NCBI RefSeq assembly: GCF_039654945.1
Contig: NW_027361679.1
Location: 105,958,001-106,022,000 of the forward strand
DNA from: Dendrobates tinctorius
Taxonomy: Eukaryota
Length of the DNA stretch: 64,000 bases
Direction of reading: 5' to 3'
Below the pieces are notes generated by a model, which ran no database searches, was not told the DNA's origin, and saw only the letters and a program-made list of their open reading frames with translations. Position numbers and translations under genes: made by a program. Shown here piece after piece: positions 1-12,900 of the stretch (position 1 is its first letter; every line of letters starts with the position of its first letter).

Positions 1-59
1 CGAAAAAAAATTCCTTCAATAACATGTTTGATGGATTGTCTAGTGGAAACACCCATATA

Positions 60-212
60 GTATTGTTATTTATATAGCGCCATTAATTCCATGGTGCTGT
101 ACATGACAAGGGGATACATTCAAAGTACTAGATATCGTTTACCCCCAAAAAAAATTACAATGACAGACTGTTACAGGGGGAGAGGACCTTGTCCTTACAG
201 ACTTTCATTCTG
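60..212 (-). mobile_element. LINE (L2-like) or SINE 3' tail fragment
   Basis: The reverse complement ends TGTACAGCACCATGGAATTAATGGCGCTATATAAATAA. Confidence 0.5.
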
Positions 213-3200
213 TGGGAGAATGGGAAAGAGACAGAAGGTGGTGGGGGGGGGGGCAGCCCGTGTGGTGGTGTAGAAGTCACATCTCGACCACCACACTCTC
301 CAATTGACATCTCTGGAAATGCAGCTGAAATGTCAAAATCTCTAGCTTCAGTTATAGAAAATACATGGACTCCTTTTAAATGTCATCGTCTAACCAGTTC
401 AGTATTAGTAGGTGAGGGCTTGTCAGAATATTGCCCAGGAACACCAGGCTTCAGTAGTTGCGAGTCCTGTCCCCATGATCTTCAACATTATCTTGCTATG
501 GCTCTTCCAGACATGATTTCATCAAGAAGATTTAGCCTTCATAATACAGAGACAGGGTACAATACCGCCTAAGCGTTCAACCTCTGCTACTCAGACTTTC
601 TATCTGCGTAGTGACTGCCTCTAGACTGAAGATAATGGTGGTAGTAGCCGGAGCATTTAAAACAGTCATGAAGCTGCCATAACAACTTAAAACAGAAATT
701 TTTACCGACATACCCCCAAAAAAAAAATTTTGGGGGGGAAAAAAATAGAGTGCTGGATATAACGAGAGTGACAGACTGCAAAAAAAGAATTTAGGCCTAA
801 AATGCCTCAATTTTTGGCACATGGATGTATGAGGCGTGTCAGAGATAGACCGCACTGTAAAATGTGGCCTTTTTTTAATTTTAATTTTTTTTTTTTAAAA
901 TAATGCAACATAGTGCTGTATATAACTGGAGTACCAGACACCAAAACATTGGAGTACCGGCCTGAAATCCCCAAATTTTTATCACACGGACGTATGAGGC
1001 GTGTCACAGATATACCGCACTGTAAAATACCACCAGGCCTGTCTCCACATGGGCCACAGATCGCCTCCAGTCCTGGCGGCTGATGCCGCTGCGGAAAGAC
1101 ATACTCCTTCTTTGCATGGTACCAGGTAAGGGTGTCTCTCCTTCTTGGTTCCACCCATTCATGGGTGGGGTAACTTCCTGCTGCTCCACCCGATTCTTCT
1201 GGTCAGACTGGGAGGGCGATCGGTTCATCTTCTTCACTCGCACCCATTTATCATGAGCATTCTTCACAGGGGGATGCGGCCTTCTTTCCTTTCGTGCCAA
1301 ATTTCCTTCATGACACCCACAAAGGCGGCACCGTCCCTCATTGTCTCCTTGCCAGTGTTCGGCACCATCTTAAAGTCACTGTCAGCCGCCATCTTTGACT
1401 CTTTCACGGCAGTTAACAACTCGCAATCACTGTCAGTCCCTCGTCCAATTCCAATTGGGAAAGGTTCCGGGAATGCCATCTCTGCTGCTCCCACCCCGGT
1501 CTTAGACCCCGGATCCTTCTCTGGTAGTCTTAGGGTTTCAGGGCTGCGGGGTTCCATCCTGCCGGCTGCGCCAAATGTAACAAGGTGGCACAGGGTGGTA
1601 GTCATGGGCAAGTTCACTAGGTCACAGTCACTGAGCACCCTAGCCCCTTGCACATGAAAAGACAGTTCTAATCCCAGTCCCACGTCACAGTTGATTGCAC
1701 AAAAATATTGCAACTTTTGTAGTTTTCATAATAGTCTTGGTCACCTATGCCAATACAGGCAGAGCATGGGTTGGACCGCTTGTGGCTAAATCCACCTTTC
1801 AAATTAAAGTACTTTAGTCACTGACTGGAGCACATTTCTGTGCAACAGGCATTTTGCTGCTATTATTGTGTGTCTCCACTAGACAGAAAACTTCAAATAT
1901 GTACCCCAGAAATAAATGGCAAATGCTTATAACTGTATGTTGTTTTTATTTCTATTACTATTTCTAATTTACACACACTTGAATTATTCTGAAAGACAAA
2001 AACTTAGAGATATTAAGAATGAGTGATACGCCAATGTCAGACATTAAAAGTGAGATTCCTCACTATTGGTAGGGAAATAACCAATATTAGGTTTTTAATG
2101 AAACACTGCTGTATATTGTTTGATAAGTGTTTTCAATCTGAAGTCCTCAAATAACCCAAACAGGTCACAATTTAAGGATATCTCTTAGGGAGAGCAAACA
2201 ATTCCTGATGCATGGAGAATAATAAAATCACCTTGAAAAACAAAGGAAATCCTGAGACATGTACTGTAATAGGTAATAGTCCTTGAGGACTGGAGTACTT
2301 ACCGTAAATCAAGGTTAGAGACTTTCATGGTTATGTGCAGACTATAAAGACTTTGCCCACAAAGAAGCTCGTTTTGGGTGAAGGAATAGACTGATTCAAG
2401 CAGAGTTTCAGTCTAAACATGCAGTGGAGAAGATTATCCTTGGTAGGTACCTACCAAGCAATTTTAAGGGGGGAAAAAAAAAAAAAAAAGTGTAATGTAA
2501 TAAGACAGAGGCTAATGTGTGAATAGCTCGAACTTCATGTTCAATTTTAATATATTTTTTTAAGAAATAAATTCTCATTGTGACAAAAAAAAAAAAAATA
2601 AGGTTTTCCTATCCATTATAATTTTGAAGAAAATCTTAAGATTTTCAAAATGTTCCCTTTTATTTTGTCTAATGACTTCAGTCTTCTCATCACACAAGTT
2701 TTTTTCTATAAAACTACCCAACCTTAGAGTATCTGCATACATATTATAATAACATCTGAACCTTCCAACATTGGCAGGATCAGCTGATAATCTAATGTGT
2801 ATTGGGATCTTCCGACTCTTCCCTGACAGATCATATCAAGGGAAAGGAGGATCAGAGTGTCCTATTTCAGACTGCCAATCTTTGTTCTCTCAGAAGAAAA
2901 GCTGCCACCAAAGAAGTCTGGTAACAGCTCTCTCCTAAAGGACATCAGAGCTTTTGGCCAAGCCTGTTTATCAGAAGTCAGGAGAGATAGCTTTCAGGCA
3001 ATGGCTATCTATTGTGTATGGGGCTTTACTGTTACTTTCAGAAAAAAAGTCCTCCACTAATTACAAATGTGGCTTGGAGAGCAATTAACTTCTAATTTCT
3101 GCTTTCTAACCCTTATCACGTATCATTACTTTTATTTTCCTCCTTAGCTCCAGTGTGTTTCTTCAGAATTGCTGCAGAACGAAGATGGTGGGACTATCCT

Positions 3201-3379
3201 ACTGTGCTAGTTGCCAAAACACTCTGCATCGTGCAGTCTGCCCTCAATGCCCATGAAGTATCCATTGGCACAACTCTAGGCAATACAGCGCTATGGAAGA
3301 TAAATCATGGGCTAGCTTCCCAACATCTCTGTATGATTATCTGTACTCAGCTAGCACAGTGGTGAGTACGGAATACAGA

Positions 3380-5712
3380 TGTCACGATAAATGACTGACC
3401 AGGTATGAAACAACCCACCAGTAGGATGGTCACCAACCACACAAGGGAACACAATTACAAAGGTGGGCCCTGCGATAGGGAACGCGGAATGGACACCTCC
3501 TATACTCTTAAGGATATGCCCTGGACTATCCTGATGTCCCTATACAGCTTCTTTCAAACCGTCGCCGAGCAGGATACCTTAGCCCTCGCTTACCCTGCAC
3601 CTATCCCTAATTAGGGAATTGGCTAGTGCAGACACTGGTCCCATCACTGCACTAATACAACACCAAGGGTAGATATGACAAACAAGGTAAAGACAAAACA
3701 CTTAGGTTTCTGCTGTAAAGCACCGCACAGCAGGATCACGACGCCAGATACACCATGAACAGCTGAGGCACCACTGCTCCCAGCAAGCTCCTTCTCCCAG
3801 CGTGGTCACTGCAGAATAACCTCTAACACCGATGGTCAGCTGATTCATCAGGTGACCCTTTGAAGGAAGGTGGGAGTGGTCACCACCTGCATCAGCAAAC
3901 TCAACAGCCATGTAGTTACACCAGCGACCACCGTGGGGAAAAACTGACATTAACACCCGATGGCCTGAAAGGAAAAAAGTTTATATGTGAGAATCCAGTC
4001 TGCCACAGATCCAAGAATGGATCATGACAGTTGATCCCCTTTACTGGTGAGGTCCGGTCTTGAGGGTCCAGAGGCCCCTCATTAAACAACCTATGATGAG
4101 GACACCTCGATCCTCCAGAGTTCACCTCGGCAGTCACCTGACCCTCAGGTTTATGGCGAATGCAGTGCGATCGAGATGACCAACATGTAGGCTCTGGAGG
4201 TGCCACAAATCTCCAGAGCGCCGACCTGTGGAATGAGTTGTGTACGTGCATTACTGGGGGGCAACTCCAGCAGATAAGTCTCTGGGCCAAGAATGGCAGA
4301 CACCCGATATGGCCCAATCATCCGATAACTGCAGACCCCAGCAGCACACTTCCACCAGATGTTTTTGGTGGACACCCACACAAGTCTGAACCTGAACGTT
4401 TATTTTCAAGCATGTGTGTCACAAGATGGTAAACTCATTACAGAACTGACAGAGGCGTCCCCCTGTGTCGTCACTCACACCCCCACTATGCACAGAGGGA
4501 ACCACCACTCTCCTCTGACCCCCTCCTCTTATGAGGACTCCGACTCACCGGGTTAGCTTGTGGTGAGGGTTGAGACTTGCCCCTACTCCCTGGCAGCACC
4601 TCTGCTGCCCCCACTGGAGGAGAAGGGGTAGGTTGTAGAAAGACGGTAGAGATAGTAGCTCCTGGGCAGCAGTCCTTACACGACTGACCCCAGGTCGCCA
4701 TTTCCCTGGACCACCAATCTATGACTGGGTTGTGTTTTTTCAACCAAGGGTGTCCTAAGACCATGGGAGTTGACATACCCTCCAAGACGTAGCACGAAAG
4801 GAACTCTTCATGACAAGCCCCTATACATAGGTGTATATTTTCTAACGACCTGGGTCACCTTCCCCTGGCTGAGTGGGACAGAGTCAATGGCCTGGACGCT
4901 TAGGGGGTCTCGCTAGCATCCTACACCTTAGGCCATGCTTCTGGACAAAGTGAAAATCCACCAGATTGACACCTGCTCCACAAGTACCAGTATATCCTCA
5001 GTTATCCTGCCAACCAACACTTCAGCAGACAAGGTACACTGAGGGGAAATGGAGGAAATATACACTCCCTGGTCACCTCCATCCACATGACCAGGGGGAC
5101 GCGACTTCTTAGATGGTACAGATAATTTGGCGTGTGCTGGGCAGACCCCGATAAAGTGCCCAGTCTGTCCACAGTAAAAACATGCCCCCACACCACGACG
5201 AACTGCAGGCAACACCGTTTGGGAATCAACTCTTCCCACCTGCATGGGCTCGTCCGACTGCACCACTGTGTCCTTCTCCCTAGCAAGGACTAGAGGGGAC
5301 ACATTTGGTGTAAGCCTCTCCCTCAAGCGTCTATCCACCCAGATGGCAAGGGACATGGCATCCTCCAATGACCTGGTGGTGGCGTACTGCACCAGAGTAT
5401 CCTGCAACTTTGGGGACAGACCCTGCACAAAATGACTCCTAAGGGTAGGGTCATTCCACCACATGTCAGTGGCCCACCTCCTGAACAGTACTCCTCAACT
5501 AGCCGACGCCCTTGCTTGATCTGATGCATCAGGTGACCCTTTGAAGGAAGGAGGGAGTGGTCACCACCTGCATCAGCAAACTCAACAGCCATGTAGTTAC
5601 ACCAGCGGCCACCGGGGGGAAAGACTGATATTAACCCCCAATGGCCTGAAATGAAAAAAAGTTTATATTTGAGAATCCAGATCTTCCACGGATCCAAGGA
5701 TGGATCATGACA
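3380..5712 (-). mobile_element. Doubly deleted Gypsy LTR element 'E0'
   Basis: Complete LTR 3380-4029 (TGTCAC...CATGACA) and truncated LTR about 5521-5712. TSD ACAGA at 3375-3379 and 5713-5717. Retains gag C-terminus (CFYCGQTGHFIGVC), protease remnant (VLGHPWLKKHNPVIDW) and integrase C-terminus (VWVSTKNI, IGPYRV). No RT. Confidence 0.88.
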
Positions 5713-6001
5713 ACAGATCAGATGGAGAAAGTTGTAGGGGAGGCATTTTAGCTGTATAGTAGGGGAAGAAATCGGAAGGCACCTCGGGGAAGGGGGGACT
5801 CCATGGTCGTGCTACTTACAGCTCATTAAGTGACAAGTATTTACAACAAAATGAATTTAATACTTTTGTTCTGGTGATAGTTCACATGCATAGTCATTGC
5901 CTTGGCATTGCAGATATTTTTTTGAATCATCAGGACACATGTTTTACTTTATAATGACCTGTTACTTATCATAGCATTTGTGCTTAGATAGGAGGTACAG
6001 T

Positions 6002-6993
6002 TGTAGGAGGAGCAGTCCCCGCTGTGTACCCAGGCCTGAACCAAGGAGACTGTCACCAAGGTTCCTAGGGAGATTGTTTCCGAGGGACATAATAAGGGGA
6101 CAGAACACAAAGTTCTAGAAAGGTTGGGGGTGGAGCCAGTATAAAAGGGGCTGAGGACGCCAGGAGAGGGCAGTCGAAGGAGAAAGGAAGGTAGAGGGAG
6201 CCAGAGCCAAGAGAGGAGAGCAGCGTCTGGAGAGACTGAAGGGAGACGGCACCGAGCAGTCCCGCAGAGAGACACCGTCCATCTGTCCCCGCTCCTAGCA
6301 GCCACCACCGCCCAACTCAAGCCCGCGGCTGCCGCCACTCCAGTCTGTGGTCGTGGCCTGTCCGCTCCCGCCCGTGGCCGTTGCTACTTCAGTCCAGCCC
6401 ACGGTTGCGAGGTGGCCGTTGCCAACCGCAGCCACCACCGCCTGACTCAAGCCCGCGGTCACGGCCTGTCCGCTGCCACCCGCGGCTTGGCTTCGGCCTG
6501 TTCGCCACCACCTGCGGCAGCCGCTGACCGTTGCCAGCTTGTGGCTGCGGCCTACGGTCCCTGGGCAACGCCGTACAGCCTTCGCCGGGAGGCGCAATGC
6601 AGAGGAACTCTTCAGGGGCCTGCTGTTCCCCCACTTCACCTGGGCGTAGGAACGCACAAAGTCTCCGCCAGATCCTTGTCGGCTGGGCCCAGCGGCTGAT
6701 ACACCGAAGCTTCATCGACCATCAATCTGCCGGACATCAGAGAGGATAAGTGACACATTGTAGTTTATACCCAGGACCCGTAGTCGGCCATACCGCGGCC
6801 CTATAGTGACCGGTCTTTGCCAAGTTAGTTGTGTTCGTGTTACCAGTGTATTCTTGTCTTGATCCCTGCGAGGATAACTATTGTTAGCTTGTTTGGTTGC
6901 TCGAGATAGATGCCTATAGGGGCTATCTATAAAAGTTACACCTTACGGTCATCCCGTCTCCTCACTGCATCCCGCGTACCTGTGATTACTACA
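6002..6993 (+). mobile_element. Probable solo LTR
   Basis: Ends TGTAG...CTACA. Flanks CAGT/TAGT (3 of 4 match). TATAAAA near 6140. GC-rich island in an AT-rich context. Confidence 0.5.
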
Positions 6994-7769
6994 TAGTCAC
7001 AAAACAATGCATGCACACATGATGCAGCCATAAAATGTTGGTTTATATTATCTCCTATTTGGTACATTTTATTTAAATTAAAAACATTTTTTGAGCTGTT
7101 TTTATATTGAATGCACAACCATAGGATTTGTTCCTTCATTTCACAGCACTTTGTTCCGTCTTTTAAAATGGTTGTGTAAATAAAAGGAAAAACTTTAATT
7201 ATTTACATGCTTCTTATTTGCTACCTTAATATGGTGAAATATTGGTAACAAAAAGCTTTCAGGATGTATACACAGTATAATGCCCCCATAGTTCTCTTAT
7301 ATGCAATATAATGAACCCCTAGATACACTATACACCACATGAGCCCACAGCTCCCTTATACACAATATGAGGAGCCAACAGTCCCCCCATATTCATATAA
7401 TATCCCCACTGTTCCCCAAACTGTCTAACACCCTTCCAGTGTGTGCGCTCCTTTAGACCGGGTTTATTTCTAGCTCTGCATATTTTTTCCTCTGTTGAGG
7501 TTCCCGGCTGGAGCTGCACCTTTTCCTTAATCACACCTGGCTGGCGCTCCTTTTTGGACTGTCTCACTTATCACCCAAACTGTATAATGACCCCAACAGT
7601 AGCCCCCAAACTGTATTATGGCTCCATAATAGTCTCCCACACTACATGAAGGCCCCCCACAGTATCAACTTATAATGGCCCCACAGTAGCCCACCCCTAT
7701 ATGAAAGCCCCATGAAGTCCATCACAGTAGCACCTACAACACTGTATGGACCAAAAAGTGGATACAGAG

Positions 7770-8400
7770 TATCCTGAACACACCACTCACAAAGAGATAT
7801 ATCATATAAAAAATAAATTGTATTAAGTTAATTCATATCATAGACAAACAAGATACAAGTAAGAGGAGGGAATGTTTACCCAAGTGAAATACACACAAAT
7901 ACAGGAATAAAGGAATGGATACAGGTAATGGTAAAGTGCAAAAATATATCAGCATATATCCACCTAGACCCATAGTGGTCTGTAAAGTGCAAAGTGCTAT
8001 ATAGAGGAAAAAATCCCCAAGCTGGTAATCACATACCCATTTAATCACCTGTTCACAGAATTCCTGGAGTCCGCCACACATTTCACCTTTTTTGCTTTTT
8101 CAAGGAAATTGTGTGTGTCATGACTTGAGACCTGTTTGATTTATATAGTAAACCCACCCAGTCATGGGCCAATCCTCCGTCGCCTACATCACCGCCGCCC
8201 CCGGGTCTCAGGTGCAGCCGCTTTCAGCACTCAATTGAGGCGTGCATGGAGGAAAACCCCCCTGATGACGTCATATCCGCATGCCACAAATGATAGAGGC
8301 CGTCGGCAAGAAGGAGGAGACTCAGGTGTGGTGCACGTGCGCGTTGCCATCTTTTTGTAGCCCGATCACCATACTTTCAGAGACTATATCTGAAGAGGCA
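7770..8400 (-). mobile_element. Possible Penelope-like 3' remnant
   Basis: Minus-strand CCTTGAAAAAGC...GTGAAATGTGT at 8105-8076 resembles a decayed PLE hammerhead tail. Boundaries are unclear. Confidence 0.25.
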
Positions 8401-9989
8401 AAACCTTTTACTTGCCGCGCCTGCAGCACATATTAAATGCAGGAATCTGGGAAAGTACCGCTGCAGTGTAGAAAGGGCCCTATAATTAACGCCATATGCA
8501 AAAGATAACATTAGAAATCGCCTAAAAGGTGAAGCACAGCAATAAAGAGCACACTCCATAACAGGTTAGTAGTGAAACATTAACCTATTCAGAAAATTTG
8601 CAGGTTGGTGACAAAGGACTCTTTTTGGAATTAAGAAACAGAGATGGGGGTGTTTTCCCTGTGGGAATTGTCTGGCATGTAATTTACATAATATTATTAG
8701 GACAAAAACCTTTACAACCACCGACGGTACCCGAGAATACACACTCTCTCACTATAACTCATTTAGAATATTTTGATCACTGATATTCTTAAGATAAAAG
8801 TGTCCTAATCGGTCAGTGTCCCCCAGGATATTTATGCCCATCACATATAGCGAACACATGCGGAATCACCGCATCCTACACATAGACTGGGTTATTTATT
8901 TTGTGGATACGGAGTGTCTCTGCAAGATAAATAGAGATGCTGCGATCGATAAAGACGCACCGCGTGTCTGTAATTTTGGGTTCTTCCCCAAATCTAGTGA
9001 AGCATCTGTTAGGCGTCGGATTCCTGCAGCTGCACAGCAGGAATCCAGAGCCATACATCCTGCGGTCTCCCTTTCCGACCGCTCAGGGACCTGCACAGCA
9101 ATCTCGGCGATCCAGGTGCCCTGCTCAGACCAGCTCTCTGGGTCTGGAAGTTGCTGCCACCTCTGGACCAGCAATGGTAGCGCAACCTGCTTTGCAGGAA
9201 ACCACTCCAGAGGCTAAGTCCTCTCGCCGCGCTACTGGGCACGCCCACGAGACGATCTCCCAGTGGAGATCGGGGGTCACATGCTCAGGTCCTTGTCCTG
9301 ATCTGACTGGCCCATCTCAGAGGTCTGGAAAGTCCCGGAAGTGCATGGCTATAAAAGGCCCACATGGCCGCTCGCCCATGCACTAGTATAGGCTATACTT
9401 CCTATGTGTGAATGGTGACGGATGTATGATTCTGCTGACTGACTCATTTGAAACCCTTTCCGTCTGATATTACGCATGTGGATAGGGAACTAGAAAGATA
9501 GTCAGCACCAGTCAGTGGCAAGCTATAGGCCACAGTGCATACCGCACCTCTGCACTAGCGTCCGATGGTGTCACGCCTCACGGCACTATCGTATAGCGGC
9601 AGTAGTTACCGCCGCGCTGCAGTTAGCAGCACTTACCGGCGTCCGCGGTTGCGATGCCGCACGGTAGGTCAAGACGGACACCCACCTCTGTCTTGGGCCA
9701 TGTCCTGTGACCATATACCGTGTGTGCACGCCAGCTGAGACCTGTGAAGCTAACAGGCTCGGTGTTTATGCTTTAGGGCCTCTGTGTGTTTAACAGAGTC
9801 CACTCTGTGCACCCCGGGTGACGTTTAACCCGAGCGCAGTATGCCGCCATATAAGCGAGTCCGCCTTTGCTCAGCAGCGGTTGTTGCACCTACTGCATGG
9901 TGGACCCCAGGTTTCAAACGCACTTCCTATTTATATTTAGTGCGTTTCGCCGTCCCTAACATTATACTAGAGCCAGGGTCTGGCTAGTA

Positions 9990-12900
9990 ATGACGGACCT
10001 GCTGCATTCGGCAGCAGGAGAGCAGGTTGGCAGCTATCGAGAGCTCCACCTCAGCTGCGAATGCTATGGTAGTCGTTGCTCAGGTAGTCGCAGAGGCTGT
10101 CTCGCGCGTGCCCACACTCACGCCTATACCGACAATATCTCGCCTCCTGCTCCCCGACAAGTTTTCGGGTGACAGCGCCACCTGTAGGGGATTCGTGAGT
10201 CAGTGCTCTATCCAGCTTGAGTTACTAGTTGCACGGTTCCCTACAGAGCGGGCTAAGGTGGGGTTTATTGTTTCTCTTATCTGGCAGGGCAAAAGAGTGG
10301 GCTACGCCATTGTGGGATCCCGTGGTTCATGGGGCTACTCAGTTCCTTGCAGCTCTGAAGCAGATATTTTTGGGACCATGGATCACGCACGACACCTCTC
10401 TCCAATTATTGGCCCAAACACAGGGGTCTCTCTCAGTCAGCCATTATGCCGTCCGATTCCGGCCATTGGCTTCCGAACTGGATTGGCCCGATAAAGCACT
10501 CATCCCTGTCTTTTGGAGAGGGTTAGCAGAGCATATCAAAGATGCTCTAGCAGTCAGAGAGGTCCCCACAAGTCTGGAGGAAGTGATTGCCATCTCCACC
10601 CGCATTGGTCTCCGGTTTACGGAGCGCGGGCTGGAACGTGCGCAATCCAGACGAAGGGTTAACTTGGCTCCCACCTTCACCGAGCCGCTAAGATCTTCCT
10701 CTCAGGAGCTACATCCTCCGAACCTATGGAGGTGTCTCGCACCGGCTCCAAGCCACGTCCGGTGCGAAGCTCCGCACGTTGTTACCAGTGCCGGCTGTTT
10801 GGTCACTCGGCTAGCACGTGTCCTCTGCGGTTGGAAAAACGATCACGTCCAGTGGTCATAGGTGGTGGCCAGACAAATATGAAACCCTTTTCTCCCAAAC
10901 CGGTATTCCGAGGGACATTAGATAGTGGGGCCTCCACCTGGGAGGTAAAGGTTACCATGGATTCCGGGGCTGAGGGGAACTTTATGTCCCCGACCTTCGC
11001 CCAGAAACACGCTATTCCACTGGTGTTACTGCCCCAAACTCTGACCATCAGGGTGGTTAATGGTGCACCTTTACCATCTCAGGTGACCCACCAGACAGCC
11101 CCACTCGGGCTCTCAATCTCACCCTCTCATCGTGAGATTCTGTCCTTGTTCATTTTGCCAGATGGCATCGACCAGGTGCTTCTCGGAGTTCCCTGGCTCT
11201 GTTGTCACTCCCCTCATATTGATTGGGCTTCAGGGAATATACTGGGTTGGAGCAAGGACTGTGAGGGAAGGTACGTGAAGGGCAGTGTTCAGGTAGCTTC
11301 CACTGAAGTGCCCGCGGATCTCTCCGCGCTTCCTAAACCTTACCACCAGTACGCGGACGTCTCCTCTAAAAAATCTGCATAGACGCTCCCGCCGCACCGT
11401 CCTTACGATTGCCCGATAGATCTTCTGCCAGGCACAGAACCTCCTAGAGGCTGTGTGTATCCGCTGTCACTCCCTGAGACAGATGCTATGTCTCAATATA
11501 TCCGGGAGAACCTGGCCAGAAGTTTTATCAGAAAGTCAGTGTCGCCGGCTGGTGCAGGGTTCTTCTTCATGCAGAAGAAGAGCGGAGAGTTACGTCCCTG
11601 CATTGACTACAGAGGTCTCAACGCCATTACAGTTAAAAACAAATAACCTCTCCCGTTGATCTCTGAGCTATTTGACAGGTTGCGAGGGGCCCGGATCTTT
11701 ACGAAATTAGATCTACGGGGGGCGTACAACCTGATCCGCATTCGCGAAGGAGACAAGTGGAAGACAGCCTTTAATACCAGGGATGGCCACTATGAATATC
11801 TGGTCATGCCCTTCGGCCTTTGTAATGCGTCTGCTGTCTTCCAGGATTTCGTCAATGACGTCTTCCGCGATATGCTCTCCACCTCGGTGGTGGTCTATCT
11901 GGATGATATCCTCATCTTCTCGCCAGATTTGACCTCCCACCGGAGAGACGTCTGCTGGGTCTTCGACCGTCTTCGGGTGAACTCTCTTTTCACCAAGCTG
12001 GGGAAGTGCCAGTTTGAGCAGGAGTCCTTGCCGTTCCAGGGCGACATCATCTCAGTCCAGGGGTTGGCTATGGATCCGGCCAAACTGCAAGCGGTAATGG
12101 ACTGGTAGGAACCACACTCAAAGTGGTGCAGCGCTTTCTAGGGTTTGTCAACTATTACCTCCAGTTCATACCTCACTTCTCCACACTGGTAGCTCCTTTG
12201 GTTGCTCTCACAAAGAAAGGAGCTAATCCTAACGCTTGGTCTGAACAGGTCTCCAAGGCCTTCTCGTCTCTAAAATCCCATTTTGCTGGCGCTCCCATCT
12301 TACACCGTCCTGATGTGGATAAACCGTTTATCCTGGAGGTGGATGCCTCTTCCGTCGGTGCAGGAGCAGTCCTTTTCCAGAAGGATGCTCAAGGTCGGAA
12401 GCATCCCTGCTTCTTCTCTAAGACCTTCTCACCGGCGGAGAAGAATTACTCCATTGGGGACAGGGAGCTTTTAGCAATGAAGTTGGCCTTTTCCGAGTGG
12501 AGACATCTCCTGGAGGGAGCCCGGTTTCCCTTCCAGGTGTATACGGATCATAAAAATCTGGTCTATTTACAAACGGCCCAGCCGCTTGAACTCTCGTCAA
12601 GCTAGGTGGTCGCTCTTCTTCTCCCGCTTCCGCTTCACCTTGCACTACCTCTCTGGAGACAAGAACGTCCATGCGGATGCTCTCTTGCACTCGGTGGTCT
12701 CAGCGGAGGAAGGGGAGGCTGAGCCACGGTTAATTCTCCCTCCGCAGAGTTTTACGACCGTGGCTCCAGTTGCTCTCGAATCATTGCCACCGGGCAAGAC
12801 CTTCGTGCCTCCTCATCTACGGCCGGAGGTTCTCGCCTGGGCGCACGCGTCCAGGGTGGGTGGTCACTTTGGCAATAAGCGGATCACAGAACTCCTGGCA

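Noticed and set aside
9962-9980. tRNA primer-binding site
   Set aside because: No TGG (complement of tRNA CCA) follows the LTR in E1, E2 or E3. Self-complementarity explains the sites better.
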